Shown: one piece after another, positions 37,409-50,000 of the stretch
How positions within the stretch are numbered: position 1 is the stretch's first letter
Layout of the letters: the number at the start of each line of letters is the position of its first letter
Source: Azolla caroliniana
Lineage: Eukaryota > Plantae > Polypodiophyta
Length of the DNA: 64,000 nt
Assembly (NCBI GenBank): GCA_043228905.1
Contig: JBHGNT010000013.1
Coordinates: 18,042,001-18,106,000 of the forward strand
Direction of reading: 5' to 3'
Made by a program: the position numbers and the translations under genes
The notes under the pieces: model-generated
The model's input: the letters and a program-made list of their open reading frames with translations, nothing else
What the model was told of the DNA's origin: nothing
Databases searched by the model: none

Positions 37409-37820
37409 GGAATGGGCTATTTGCCCCCCCCAAAAAAAATGAAACCTTTTTGGCCCCCTAAAAAAAATAACTTTTTGGCCCCTCTATTTTGGCTATTTTG
37501 GCTAAACCACCCCACACCCCCCCCTTCCCCCCACAAAGAAAAAAAATCTCTGATATTTCTTCCCCCATTTTGGCCACCACCGACCCTCCCCATCGCCTAA
37601 GACATCATGTAAAAGAAAAAGGAATCCACAGTATTGATTGGAAACTTGAGGAAGAAGAAGAAGAAGAAGAAGAAGAAGAAAGAGAAAGAAGGAAGAGTAA
37701 CTACGCCTTTTTTTTGGGGGGGGGGGGCGGGGTGGGGGGGTTTAGCCGAAATAGGGGGGCCAAAAAGTTTTTCTTTTCTCTTTTTTTGTGGGGGGGAGGG
37801 GGGGGCAAATAGCCCATTCC
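37409..37820. mobile_element. Mutator-like foldback MITE
   Basis: TIR GGAATGGGCTATTTGCCCCCCC...GGGGGCAAATAGCCCATTCC extending imperfectly ~120 bp. 8-bp TSD TATTTATT. Confidence 0.88.
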
Positions 37821-38819
37821 TATTTATTTTATATATTTCATTATCTTTGTGAGGTAGTTATGCTAATTTATGTATCATTGTGTTATAGTAATGACATCTA
37901 TAGCGATGTGACATTATATAAAGCTTTTCATTTTTAAAATTTGTATATCAAATGACATGTTAGTTTTTGTAATCTTATGGCATATGACATACATCTTTAA
38001 AAAATGGCAGTCAAAAAACTTTGACACTAACCCGTCAAAATTAGGCCTTGGTTTAGGGTTTAGTCAATTTTTCTCTAAGGGTGCAACTAAACTCTCAAGT
38101 TAAGGGGATGTAAAATTGAATGCACATTTCCCAATGTAAACATGAGTTGTATGCAAACCTATGCGGTACCTCTCTAGGAGATGAAATATACTTGAAGAAG
38201 TTTGAACCCCTACTCGTATTACATAATTCGTCTCCTTAGTCGTGTTACATACTTAAGTGTGTGTGGATTTGTGCTTGATTAAGTCTGATCACTAGTCAAA
38301 TACCACAATGTGCAAGTGGCTAAGCATTGGGTTAAAGCTACTTACCGGTTTTCATTCCAACACTACCTATGTCAAAGCCCAAAGTTGATAACTCAATATT
38401 GAATATGCCCATGCCAACCTCAAATAATACATTGCACGCACGATGAATTGCTCAATTCACACAAAATGAGCATGATAAATGTCATTCGAGAATGGTGAGT
38501 CCACTCTGAATATTGTGAAACAATACCATCTCAATTGTCGAGCCATTCTAGTGGAGTCTAAAATACTAATTGAGGATGGAACTCATAAGCTTTCCCCATC
38601 ATGAATGCATCATTGGGCCCAGTGTTGCCTTTTGACAGCTAACATTGCATGTCATGAGAACGGTATTCCAAAAAAATTGCCCGTCAAATGACGATTTGTC
38701 AAAATAATTGACCTTCAAAAGTAAATACATCAAATATTTGTACTAAACAATATATTATACCCTTCTATCCTTTGCATCTTTCCAAATTTCATATACATGA
38801 TCCCATTGTATTTCTTCAA

Positions 38820-39362
38820 TGTGTGGCCCATTCAATGAGACTCACATTAAATCATCTAAATGTTCTATATTCAATCAATTTCTTTTCATCTCTTTGATGA
38901 GATTTTGCTTAGAGAACCCTCTCTCACACAAAACTGTGCTAGATGGAATAACCAAATAGCATGCCATAATTTCATCAAATGAGGGAAACTATCTTGCCAA
39001 TCCTTCATTTTGCAAAACATACACCTAGGTTCAAGCATAGTATAGCCTTCACAATTTAAACTTCAAGTGTCAACAAACCTATAGAGTTCCATTTCATAAG
39101 CCTTTGCATCATGTAAAATTTGAAGACATGCATTGACATCAACATTTGGTTGTAAGTGAGAAATCAAAATTCCCAACCATGTCTTTGCTTTACTATCCCT
39201 AATCACATCGTCATCTGCATAATGGCATGGGTTGAATAATTTTGCTGCATTGAAGAGGCTTAAGTCAAGGAACCTTGCATTCAGTCCATCAATAATCCTT
39301 TGCACATAATTTTGAGATAGTTTAATACAACTTTCAAGCAATCCATTTATAAATAGTCTCAT
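38820..39362 (-). pseudogene. hAT transposase C-terminal / dimerisation-domain remnant
   Basis: IIDGLNARF...FPHLMKLW...CERGFSKQNLIK...LDDLM*VSLNGP. Confidence 0.8.
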
Positions 39363-39466
39363 TCCCTTAGATTTTGCAATATTGGGATTCGTATCATTGT
39401 GACTTGCTTTATCAATATTAGAGAGAGAGAGAGGAATGGGCTGAAAATAAAAGAAGCCCTAAGTTT

Positions 39467-42400
39467 GAGGAGAGGAGCATGCCCCGGCCCCGATGGTCTC
39501 TCACGAGATTTTTTCGAGATCCATTGGGACATTGTTATCCCGTCCTTGGAAGCCGGGGTTCAAGAGATTTGGTCCTCGGGAACGATGCCGACCGGGCTGG
39601 CTGAGGGGATGATCTATCTCATTCCCAAAGCGGCAAAGTGAAGCCTGGAGTTGCGCCAATGGCGTCCTATAACGATCCTTAACACGATTTACAAGATTCT
39701 GGCAAAAGTCCTCGCGCAACGGTTAGCAAGCTTCTTACCAGACATTATACATGAGAATCAAACAGGGTTTATTAGGAGTAGGTGTATCTTTGATAATGTG
39801 TTGCTTCTCTGGGAAGCCATGGCATTGGCTGATCAGTCCGTCTCGAGCTCAGTTATTCTAATGCTTGACTTCGAGAAGGCATACGATAGGGTCCTTTGGC
39901 CCTTCTTGGAAAACATGATGAGAGCTATGGGCCTACCCAAAAATTGGAGGAAATGCACTTCTGCCCTCTACCGGACTACTACCAGTAGTGTGCTCATCGC
40001 GGGTGCTAGGGGCCCTTCCTTCAAACTACAACGCTCAGTGAGGCAAGGCTGTCCCCTAGCCCCATATCTTTATTTATTCGTAACTGAGGCGTTCTTTGCC
40101 TACTTACAAGCCCCAAGCAACAGATTGAGGGGATTGCCCATCCCTAATGCGAGTGAAGATCTTCTTCTATCTGAATATGCTGATGATACGGTCCTCTTCC
40201 TGCAAGGTGATGAGGAGAATTTGTAGCAGGCTGAACATCTAGTCGAGGACTTTTGTCAGGCTGTTTGTGCCAAGGTAAATTGGGATAAAACCCAAGGCCT
40301 TTGGTTCAGCAAACAAGAGAAACCAAGGTGGCATCCCCATGCCGGTTTTACGTGGGTCCCTAACGGGACGACGTTCAAGTATCTAGGATTTACTATGGGG
40401 AGGGCAATTCCCAAGGGAGCGCAACTGTCCCATGTGCAAGCCAAAATAAGCAAGAAGCTGAACCAATGGAGTAGATCTAAATTATCCTTCGCTGGAAGGG
40501 TCCTTATTGCGAACCAAGTGATGCTCGCCACCATGTGGCACTCGGTCTCATGTTGGATTATGAACCCGATAGGTTTGCATGCGATTAAGGCTGCCATCAG
40601 GGGATTTATATGGTCCGGTAAGGACAATCCAATGGCTGCTGCCAGAGTGTCATGGCATTGGTTAACGCAGCCGCGAGCCAAAGGGGGGCTTGGCCTCATT
40701 GACCCCTTAACACAGAGTCGTGCATTGCTGGCCAAATTGGTGGTTCGTTGCCTTCTCCCAGGTAAGGGGTGTTGGAAGGTACTACTTCGCAATAGGTTGC
40801 AAGCAGGGACTCCCAAGTATGGTAGGCCTTGGCCTATCTCCTTGAACTGGTGTTGCACGAGTGGAGTCCCACCGAAGATGGCTTGTCAACAGGAGGACAG
40901 GGTAACAAACTCCATCTTGCGGGCGTGGTGTCATGTGCGACAACATTTGGTCAAGCACACCCCAGAGACACTCATCGAATGGGCTAGACAACCTTTATTT
41001 TGGAATCCTCAGGTGCGAACAAGCGATGACATGATGTTAGGGCAGCTTAAGGGCCTGGCATGGGGAAAGTTGGCGCAGACAGGGCTTCACTCTATAGACG
41101 ATTGGAGACGCATGGTTTCTCCAAGGGGAGCCCAGGAGGACCCATTCCCTCCCCTCAAGGGAGCTATGAAGATGCGGAGCCTGATAGCTGAGGCAGTTGA
41201 TAGGGTTCCGTTGGGGACTGTGCGAGAAGATGCATGGTTCGGTCTCTTTGATGAGGCTGGAATGGTTAAGTTGGTGAAGGGTGTGAGTTGATTGGGAAGA
41301 GATAAATTTTTGGGGGAGAGGCAAAGTAGGGGCACTTGGCTTCCGGGAGGTTGATAACATTTAGAAGACAGACCCAGATGTTACTAAGGTGGAACCCCAT
41401 TGGAAGTTATGGGTATATGGTTCTCGTCCCCTCGTTGAACTAGAATGGGACCCATGGGATTTCAGGTGGAAACATGGTGACAAACTCTGTCACTTCTTTG
41501 AATATAGCACTAAATTGGGGCGGACTTTACAACTGCAGCTCACTGGTCCCATTCGTAATGGATGGCGAACATTGGGCATCCCTGACAAGGTGCTCATTAC
41601 CTTTTGGAAGGGTCTCTAGCATCTCCACATGCCTGAAAAAATCAAGCTCTTTTGGTGGCAGATTGGTCACAATGTCATTCCTATTGGGGTATGGCTTGGT
41701 AAAAGGGGCGGCCCGATAGATTGCCCACTTTGCTCTTCACCCATTGAGTCTCTGAGACATTGTCTTTGGGATTGCCCTCAAGCTCAAAAGGTATGGGACA
41801 GAGTCACTCGCCTCCTAGCGGCATGTGAAGTGGTTGGGACAGCCTCGTGGAGTGTTGCGGCATGGATTGACCACTTGACTGATAGGTGGACGGACGCTTT
41901 TAATGAGGATACTTGGTGCTATGTATGCACAGGAGGCCAAATCGGCAAGATCCGCTTCAAGAGAGACTTGTTGTCCGCATCCCCTAGGTTCCTGGAAATT
42001 TGGAGGTTGATCGCGGGCTTCACCTTATGGTATGTCTGGAAAGCACGATGCTTAAAGGTTTTCCAAGATCGGGTACAACCCCCAGAGGAAGTGATCATGG
42101 ATATCTGGTTCGCGCTTATCAACTGCCTACGAGGGCAATTAGATGAGGTTTGCAACCACTCCAATGACGTAGCCACTGCCCGGTTACGCTTTTGGCAGAA
42201 ATGGCGAAACACGCCTATGGTGACGCTAGGAGAAAGTGGACCGAGGTGGAACTACCAGCCCCCACGATGGTTGTTTCCTTCTTTCACGCCTCCCTCCCTT
42301 CGATGTAGACCCCAGGAGTCGGCTCATTCTGGCTGACACTAAAGGCCACTGCTTTTAGGTATAGGTATCTACTTACTTTAGGTAGTCGGTTTGAAAAACT

Positions 42401-42533
42401 ATGTAAGTAGTCTCATTTTCTTGATCTTGATCTGAGGGAGATTCCCCGTTTTGTGTGTAAGCTTCCTTGTATAGTCTCCTTGTAATAATCCTTCCTAACT
42501 AATGGGAAAGTAGCGTTATTTTGGAAAAAGAAG
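39467..42533 (+). mobile_element. 5'-truncated L1-clade LINE (ORF2: RT plus zf-RVT)
   Basis: PGPDG, WRPITILN, LDFEKAYDRV, VRQGCPLAP, YADD and CPLC...HCLWDC motifs. A-rich tail. 16-bp TSD AAGAAGCCCTAAGTTT (39451-39466, 42534-42549). Confidence 0.95.
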
Positions 42534-43584
42534 AAGAAGCCCTAAGTTTATTTTCAAACTATGCATATGTCCGGGCACTTCTTCTCCTTTATCATGTCAC
42601 ATAACATATGTTTACACATTTATCTTTCTCAAATAAAAGTATATGCTATAACTATAAATTGTAATTGTAACTACTATACATGTACTATTGTTTTGGTCTT
42701 AGCAAAATTTGACGGTATTAACAAATTTTAAACCTTCATTTTTACGTTTTTATAAAATATATGCATGTCAAGATTGACGGTTTCACGGTCAAAACGGCTG
42801 TCAAAAGGCAACACTAATTGGGCCATTCATTAGTCAAAATCACCACTATGTTTGAGTGCTTAACAACCTTATAATGATGAATATCATTATTGGTATTATT
42901 TAAAGTTCTAAGTGTATGAGACAATACCATCATTAAAGTTTGAGGATATGACACTTTGTTTTAGATTTTCATGAAATTAACTCTTTTAACTAGTAGAAGA
43001 GCAACTTTCACGTCTTCACTTTTCTTGGTCAAATTAAGTAGAGGAAAACTTTATTTTTTTGATTGAATATTCTATTCCCAATACTAATCTCATCTCTATT
43101 TGAAAAAAGCGTTTGATTTCCTTTCTTTTCTTTTTTGTATTTTTGTATTAGAATATATGTAGATATAAGAAAGGGGACAACCTTTATCATCTGGGATTCC
43201 CAAAAGGAGTTCAAGGCCGTCCAACCCCTATATTCACGGGTTGGAGCGCATTTAAGAATCTTGTATTAAATTGAGACAAAGGTTCCCGAGATATATCAAT
43301 CATTTATAAATATTGTTAGGATCGTGTATGGGTAGAAAGTGAGATATTAAAACAATATATAGCGAACAAAAACATTGCTCATTGATTTTCGCTTTTCGCT
43401 TTTCACTTTTCGCTTTAGTAGTTGAAAGATTGGAATATGCACAAAAATGGCCATAACAATAAACATGTTTTTGCAATAGAATTCATGATAAAATCATGGC
43501 CCCTCTACCACCTCATTTTTCTTTCTTGCTTCCATTTCTTCAATTTACTTTTTTCTTGCACTATTTAAATCACTTGTGAATGGT

Positions 43585-43770
43585 GGTAATACGGCCCTAC
43601 GGGTCTACATTAGAATGTTAGTATTCGGGTTCACTATCTTTGTGTTTTGAGTGTTTTGTTCCGTGTTGATGGTAGAGTCCCTAAGGGTCTCCATTAGAAT
43701 GTTAGTCTTTGGGTTCATTATCTCTGTGTTTTGGGTGTTTTGTCTAGGGTTGATGGTAGAGTCCCATGGC
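43585..43770. repeat. ~84-bp tandem repeat, ~2 copies
   Basis: GGGTCT.CATTAGAATGTTAGT.TT.GGGTTCA.TATCT.TGTGTTTTG.GTGTTTTGT...GTTGATGGTAGAGTCCC repeated. Confidence 0.75.
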
Positions 43771-45000
43771 TTGGGAGCTTGTTGGTGGCTCCTCATGGGA
43801 AGTAGAGTTGTTATCTAAATTAAAATATAGCTATGACTATTGTATCCATGAAGGTGGTTGTGTGTATTTACTGCCCCATTGTGACATGGTGTGTCCAATG
43901 GTAGAAAGTGTTAAAGATAGAACTAATGATTAAGCAAATAACAATATAATCAAGGAACAATATGAATAAGAGTCCTTATCCTCCCAACCACCCCTGAGCA
44001 AAAGAATTGAGATGAACCTTAAAACACCATCAAATCCCATACCCTCGAATATTACTTAAGATCATACCTTGAATGCAAGGCCATGAATAGTTATTGTTAA
44101 CAAGAACCTCGCCACACCACCAATGTCTTAATAGTGTTCCAAAAGAGATATTGTGTTGCCCATTAATATCATCGAGTGTAATTTAGAGATAATATATAAG
44201 GAAAACCAATACTTCTCTCCCCTTCACAATCCAAAGAATGCTCACATGCTTCAAATGGTGAAGGGGGATCAAATCTACACACTTTATTTTTCGTGAACAA
44301 GTTGTGGGAAAGATTCGACTAACTCCATGAGTTGTGGGGGGAATTGGCAAGGTTGTATTTGAAATGTAATCTATACAAGCATCCTTTGATTTAATTGGTT
44401 AAGGATCATATTGGGAATTCATGGCACATAGAAAATACTAATAATTGGACATGCATGTGTAGTGTCCTGAATTAGCAATATCCATGATGTCTATCAAGAT
44501 CACAAAACAATCCCAAAGCACAAAATCATTATGCTTTGGGCCCAACTCATTTAGCCATGCCTTGAACCATACTCCACGTAAAAATGGATACATGTTATCA
44601 AGGAGCATAACCAAATCACATTTAGGTCACATATGGCCTTTGAAGACTATAACAAAATATATCTATCTATTTGAACATGGAACAAGGAAACACAAAGGCG
44701 TTCATATTGAAAAATAGGCACTAGAGTTTATCAAAGCCATGTCAACCATGATAGATATAAGTTATTTCGAAAATTGTTGTCTAGCCCTTCCATCATGGTT
44801 AATTTACCAATTCTCCACTATACCTCAAATGGCATGCATACATGCAGGAGTAGGCAACGTGCTACACATGGATAGAATGGTAGTCAAGCATAAGCTGAGG
44901 TGAGTCACTTTAGCTAACAATGGCTAATAAATATTGATGTTCGACGTAGATAATGGCGAACATTAAAGACCGATGGATAGAAAATGGCTACTAAACAAAT

Positions 45001-45888
45001 TGTTGAGAATCAAGCTCAACCTAGTCTAGTGTGTGAACACACCTTTTGGGAATGTATGAACATTGAAAGGTCAAAAGTCACCACTACTCTTTACACATTA
45101 ACTATGTGGCATAGAATCATATTCTATGACACATAACTAATAAAGTTTAATGAAGAGAGAAGGTGACCTTATATAAAGCACCTTGCTTCTACCGCATATA
45201 GCGTCGGTTGTTATCCCTTGTAATGCTACATTTTTGTACTTGATATTCTTCTTGTTAATATACATCTTCTTGAGTACTTCATTTCTCTTATCTATCTTGT
45301 GGTTCTCTCCTCTCCTCTCCTCTTTCACAAACACACACACACACACATCTCTTCCGTTGCACAGAATCATATCCGATTCTTTACATGGTATCAACGCAAT
45401 TTGTAGCTCAATCTACCCCATCTGCGTGTGTTGTGTTCTACGCTGACATTAAAAAAGAACTGGCTCACCATTGTTGTAGTGCCACTACATAGCTTGTGTC
45501 TAAAAGAGAAGAAGAAGAAAAATGAAATCTTCATCGACATAATTAATAGTCAAATAGGGAGCGCTCTCCCTAGCGAGAAGTTGGACAGAAACAACTTTGG
45601 ATCTTGAGAGTACAAGATGCACCAATACCTTGTCAGCCAAGGCTATTGGGGCTACATTCAAGGAGCACAAGAAAACAAACCCGACCCAAAGGACGCCGAC
45701 TACTCTACATGGGAGCAAGCGGCAAGCCGAGTGTTGTATTGCTTGGCAACATGTGTCCATGACCACATGCTTGGCTACATTCGAGAAGCCAAGATGCCAA
45801 AGGAAATGTGGGAGAATCTAAGGAGGATCTTCGTGGCTAACACAACTGCAAGAAAGCTTCAACTCCGCCAAGAGTTGAACAACATCCA
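45001..45888 (+). mobile_element. Truncated copia: 5' LTR (45001-45385), PBS and gag N-terminus
   Basis: The LTR start TGTTGAGAATCAAGCTCAAC matches the 18086-23988 family. PBS TGGTATCAACGC at 45386. Gag fragment LPSEKLDRNNF...YKMHQYL...ARKLQLRQELNNI. Confidence 0.85.
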
Positions 45889-47055
45889 CAATATAATGGC
45901 TCGGCGACATGAGCATAATGCGGAATCCAGATATGATAAAAGGCACACGCTCCCAAGAATGTTCGCACCTCTGTCTGGGATATACATTCTTCCTTCATCT
46001 CTTGGATATCATCCACTTTGGTTGGAGACGATTTCTGGCCATATGCTCCACACAAGTGTCCTACTACGAATACTCCTGGTTGCCCAAATGTGGAATTCTC
46101 TCCCGAAAGCATGAGGTTTGCATCTTCTAGTTTTTGCAATACCTTCTCACAATCTTTAATGTGGTCTATCACAAATCTTTGACACCCAGCCTCATCCTTT
46201 GATCCATCTTTTTCTTCTTCCAAAGAACCCTTGATTGGTATGTCATCCAAAAATGGCATCATTATCTCGAGAATGCAATCTCTTAGTACTTTATTCATTG
46301 CATTTACCATGTGTGCTACAGAGTTGGTTGCACCTTGAGGTAAGGTGCACATTCGTACCAATCCTATCGGGGTCCTCATTGTTGTGATGTCTCTGTTGTT
46401 GACTACTAGTTGAAACTGATCGTAACCTGAGTAGAGATCACCAATAGAATAAATGGACCTTCCCGCAAATGCTTCTAGGAACTCATCGATACTTGGACCA
46501 ATTCCAGCATTGCGGATTGTCACATTATTCACTGATTGAAGATCTTGTATGAACCTTAAGGTTCCATTCTGTTATCGCCCGGCAAAGGAGTCCAGAGTGT
46601 GAAACGGGGAGTTATTTAATTTGTAGGAATGGTTGTAAGTAAGCTATGAGTGTGGACGGACGGACCGGAATCGGTATGCCTTTCCGGATCCGGACCGATC
46701 CCGAACAGGTGCGGATGGCACCGTTTTGTAATACAGACCGGAAACCTATTTAAAGGCCCGGATACAATGTAATGAACAACGGTTAATTAATAAAGCTCAG
46801 TGTTGTTATCTCTCTGTGTTAATTGTCGTTCTGCATTCATTGTTATATCTTACGCGTGTGATTATTAAAGACGATCATGCTAAGTAACCTAATTAAGTCG
46901 GATTAATCGTTGAGTCTAATCCTGTTGCCGTAACACCCCTTTGGTGAAGTGTCTTCCGTAGACACCCTGTGTTAGGCCATTGTCCGACCCTAAGAGTTAA
47001 CACAGTTTTTGGCGACCACGATTCCTGTTTTTGCAGCGAACGACGGCATGAATGG

Positions 47056-50000
47056 ATGACTAGATCAACGCACGACCTGGTTACATATCGAACTCGACGC
47101 CTTGCTGAAAGGCAAAGGAGACGTGAGGCTTTCCAGCAAGCGGCGTAGGAAATTAGAGCGGATCGCTCGTTTTCCAACGTAATCCGGAGAGTAGCGGAGG
47201 ACTCCCTCTGGTTACAGCAAACATCGCACCCGGACGACGGCAGCAGCCTAAGCAGCCTCCGGGAAACCGAATCCCTTCTCTAGGCGTTGGCAAATAGACA
47301 AGGCGAAGCAGAAGCCTTTTCAGCGTATGAATCGGACTCCGAAGGGGAATACAACATGCACACGAACTATCGTAGCAGCAACGAAACCCCGGGCGGACTG
47401 AAGGACGAATGGTCGGATACCCTACCAACACCGCAACCGGAAGTGCTAAGGCTGGAACCTCCGGAACCAGCAGAGGAAGAGCGACCTTCGACACCGGAAG
47501 TCGAAGAGGAGAGGCCTCCGTCACCAAAAGAAGAGGAAAGACCACCGATGCCGGAAACAAATCAGGAAAGACCACTGACGCCGGAGAAAATCCTGGAACG
47601 AGCACCAACACTGATAGCCCGCGCCCCGATATCGGACGACGACATGCCGTTCCAGTACTCCAAGTATAGAGATGATCCGGACGCGGAAGCTCATGTGCAT
47701 GCCTTTGAACATACATGGGAAGCCAACCATGTGTCCTAGCGATTGACCCCGGATGAAGAGGAACGCTCTAAGATAGCGGAATTTGGCGTCACATTGGAGG
47801 GACCGGCAACAAGATGGCACCGGGCGCAGGACCCGTTTACCATCAACACCTTTGCAGATTTAAAAGCTAAATTCTTGCATTTTTTCCAAAAGGAGGTGGA
47901 CCAGACCGTAATGGTAGGCTTATTTTATACCATCCGATAGGAGGCAGGGGAGAGCATTCCCCAGTTTGTTATCCGGTTTCAACGGATGCATAGTCAGCTT
48001 GCCTGCGCACCCCCGGAGGAGGAATTACGGACTATATTCCTAAACGCGCTCCGAGAACCCCTACGCACGGTTTGCACGGTAATTGACTTCCGTACAAGTA
48101 CCATCGACCAGGTCATTGACCGGGTGAGAGAGATGGAAAAGACAAGCTCCTGGCTCACACTGGGAGCACTCCAACGGGCGTTACTGTCCGATGAAGACCT
48201 CCAGTTTCGGCAAGCAATACAGTGCACAACCTGCTTAAATTTCGGACACTCGGCCCTAGAATGCACTATGAGGACGCAATGTGTAATCTATCAATCCAAG
48301 GGCCATACAACGGATAGGTGCGAGTATAATCTATTGAACCGGCAAGCACCGCCCGTCCGACAAATAGAGCCACGCAGCAGCCAGGATGACGAAGAGGAAC
48401 GCTGGCGGCGAATGGACCGTGACCGACCTGCACAGGATGTTCGGTATGGCAATCGACGGGAGAATGATGTCCGGTACGGTGATCGGCGGGATAACTATGA
48501 GCGGCATGATCGGTACCGGGATTACAATAGACGATACGAACATTACGACCGGGAGCACTTCCCCAGGTATCGTCAGCAACGGGAGGAATACGGCAGATAT
48601 AACGGGCAACCTCGTCAAGAGTACTGCAATAAGAAAAGCTATAACAAAAAACGGCATTTCAAAAAAGGCGGCTACCCACGGGATCCGGAACAAGGAGCTT
48701 CAAGCAGCCAACCGGCCCAAAACCCCGCGCGTACCATAGGACCTGCCTCGGGTACAACAGACAATGCCGAATCCAACAATACCCGGAAAGCCTACTGCTA
48801 CTACTGCCGACAGGAAGGCCATGATAGTAATCAATGCCCGGTGAAAAGCTATGAAAAACGACCGACGGTAAATATGGTAGTCCCTGAGGTGGCAGATCTG
48901 CAGCAGGTGACCACAAGGTCGAAGGGCATGGCCAAGGAATGGGAGACGCTGGAGACCATCCGGAAGCAAGCGACGGAATGGGTGAAGAAAGCAAACGAGC
49001 AGAATGTCACAGACTTACAGCGGCAAAAGGAGAACACCGTAGGGCTTGCCGGCGGCAGTCACTCGGAGAACTAGACATGGCAGGCGTTGCAAGAATGCCA
49101 GATTATGCTGCCACTAGGAAGACTCCTACAACTCGTGCCAAGATTCACGGAAGGACTGAAGATGGCCATGACGGCAGGAGAATCGTCACCGGCACCGGTA
49201 CTCTTCTCGAATCCTGAGGAGGGACCAACGGTGGTGGACACCAACAGTCTAGTAATCACTGCCATTGTAAAAGGGAAAGAACTCCCCGACACAGTTATAG
49301 ACGGAGGCTCCGGGGTGAATGTAATAAGCCTCCGGATGTGTGATGCCCTAGGAATCCACGAGTGGGAGCCGTGTCCGTTCTGGTTACGGATGGCCGATAC
49401 AAGCTCAGTACGGCCGACAGGATTAATACGGAAATTAGAAGTCACCGTGGGCGGTCATACATTTCACATCTCGGCCGTAGTGCTACAATTACAGGCACAA
49501 GGCGCATACCCGCTATTGCTAGGGCGGTTGTGGTTGAAAACGGCACATATCAAACAGAATTGGAGGAAAAATATAATTACCTTCCGGCGAGGAAAAGCCA
49601 AGGTACGGGTACCAACACAGCCAGGGACGAGCACTGGCAAGGAATGTACACCGTTGTATGCAGAGTGCGTCAACATGCTAGAAGGGTTAGCTGACCAAGA
49701 AGTAGCTCAGTACTTGCAGGAAAACCCGAAGATCATACCCCTCTTCGAAATTGACATTGCCGAAGCAGTAGCACCATACTTACCGCAACCGGAAGAGGCT
49801 GAAGCAGAACTGGATAAAGACGCAATCCGGGAGTTACGGCAAGCGCAGGAAGCGTTGGAACGGGAAATGGCCGTTTCACAGCGCGTAAAAGCGTCGCAAC
49901 TGGAAGAGGTGAACCTAGGGACCACGGACGAAGCAAAACCAGTGCACATCGCCAAGGAGATGAAGTCCGAAGACAAAACGGCGATGATCATACTTCTCAC

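Larger units (their letters stand above)
38620..42816 (-). mobile_element. hAT DNA transposon deletion derivative, interrupted by a LINE
   Basis: TIR (C/T)AGTGTTGCCTTTTGACAGC, 8-bp TSD ATTGGGCC (38612-38619, 42817-42824), and a transposase C-terminal remnant. Confidence 0.92.

Noticed and set aside
43195-43235. tRNA-like GAGTTCAAGGCC T-arm motif
   Set aside because: No cloverleaf with acceptor, D and anticodon stems could be built.
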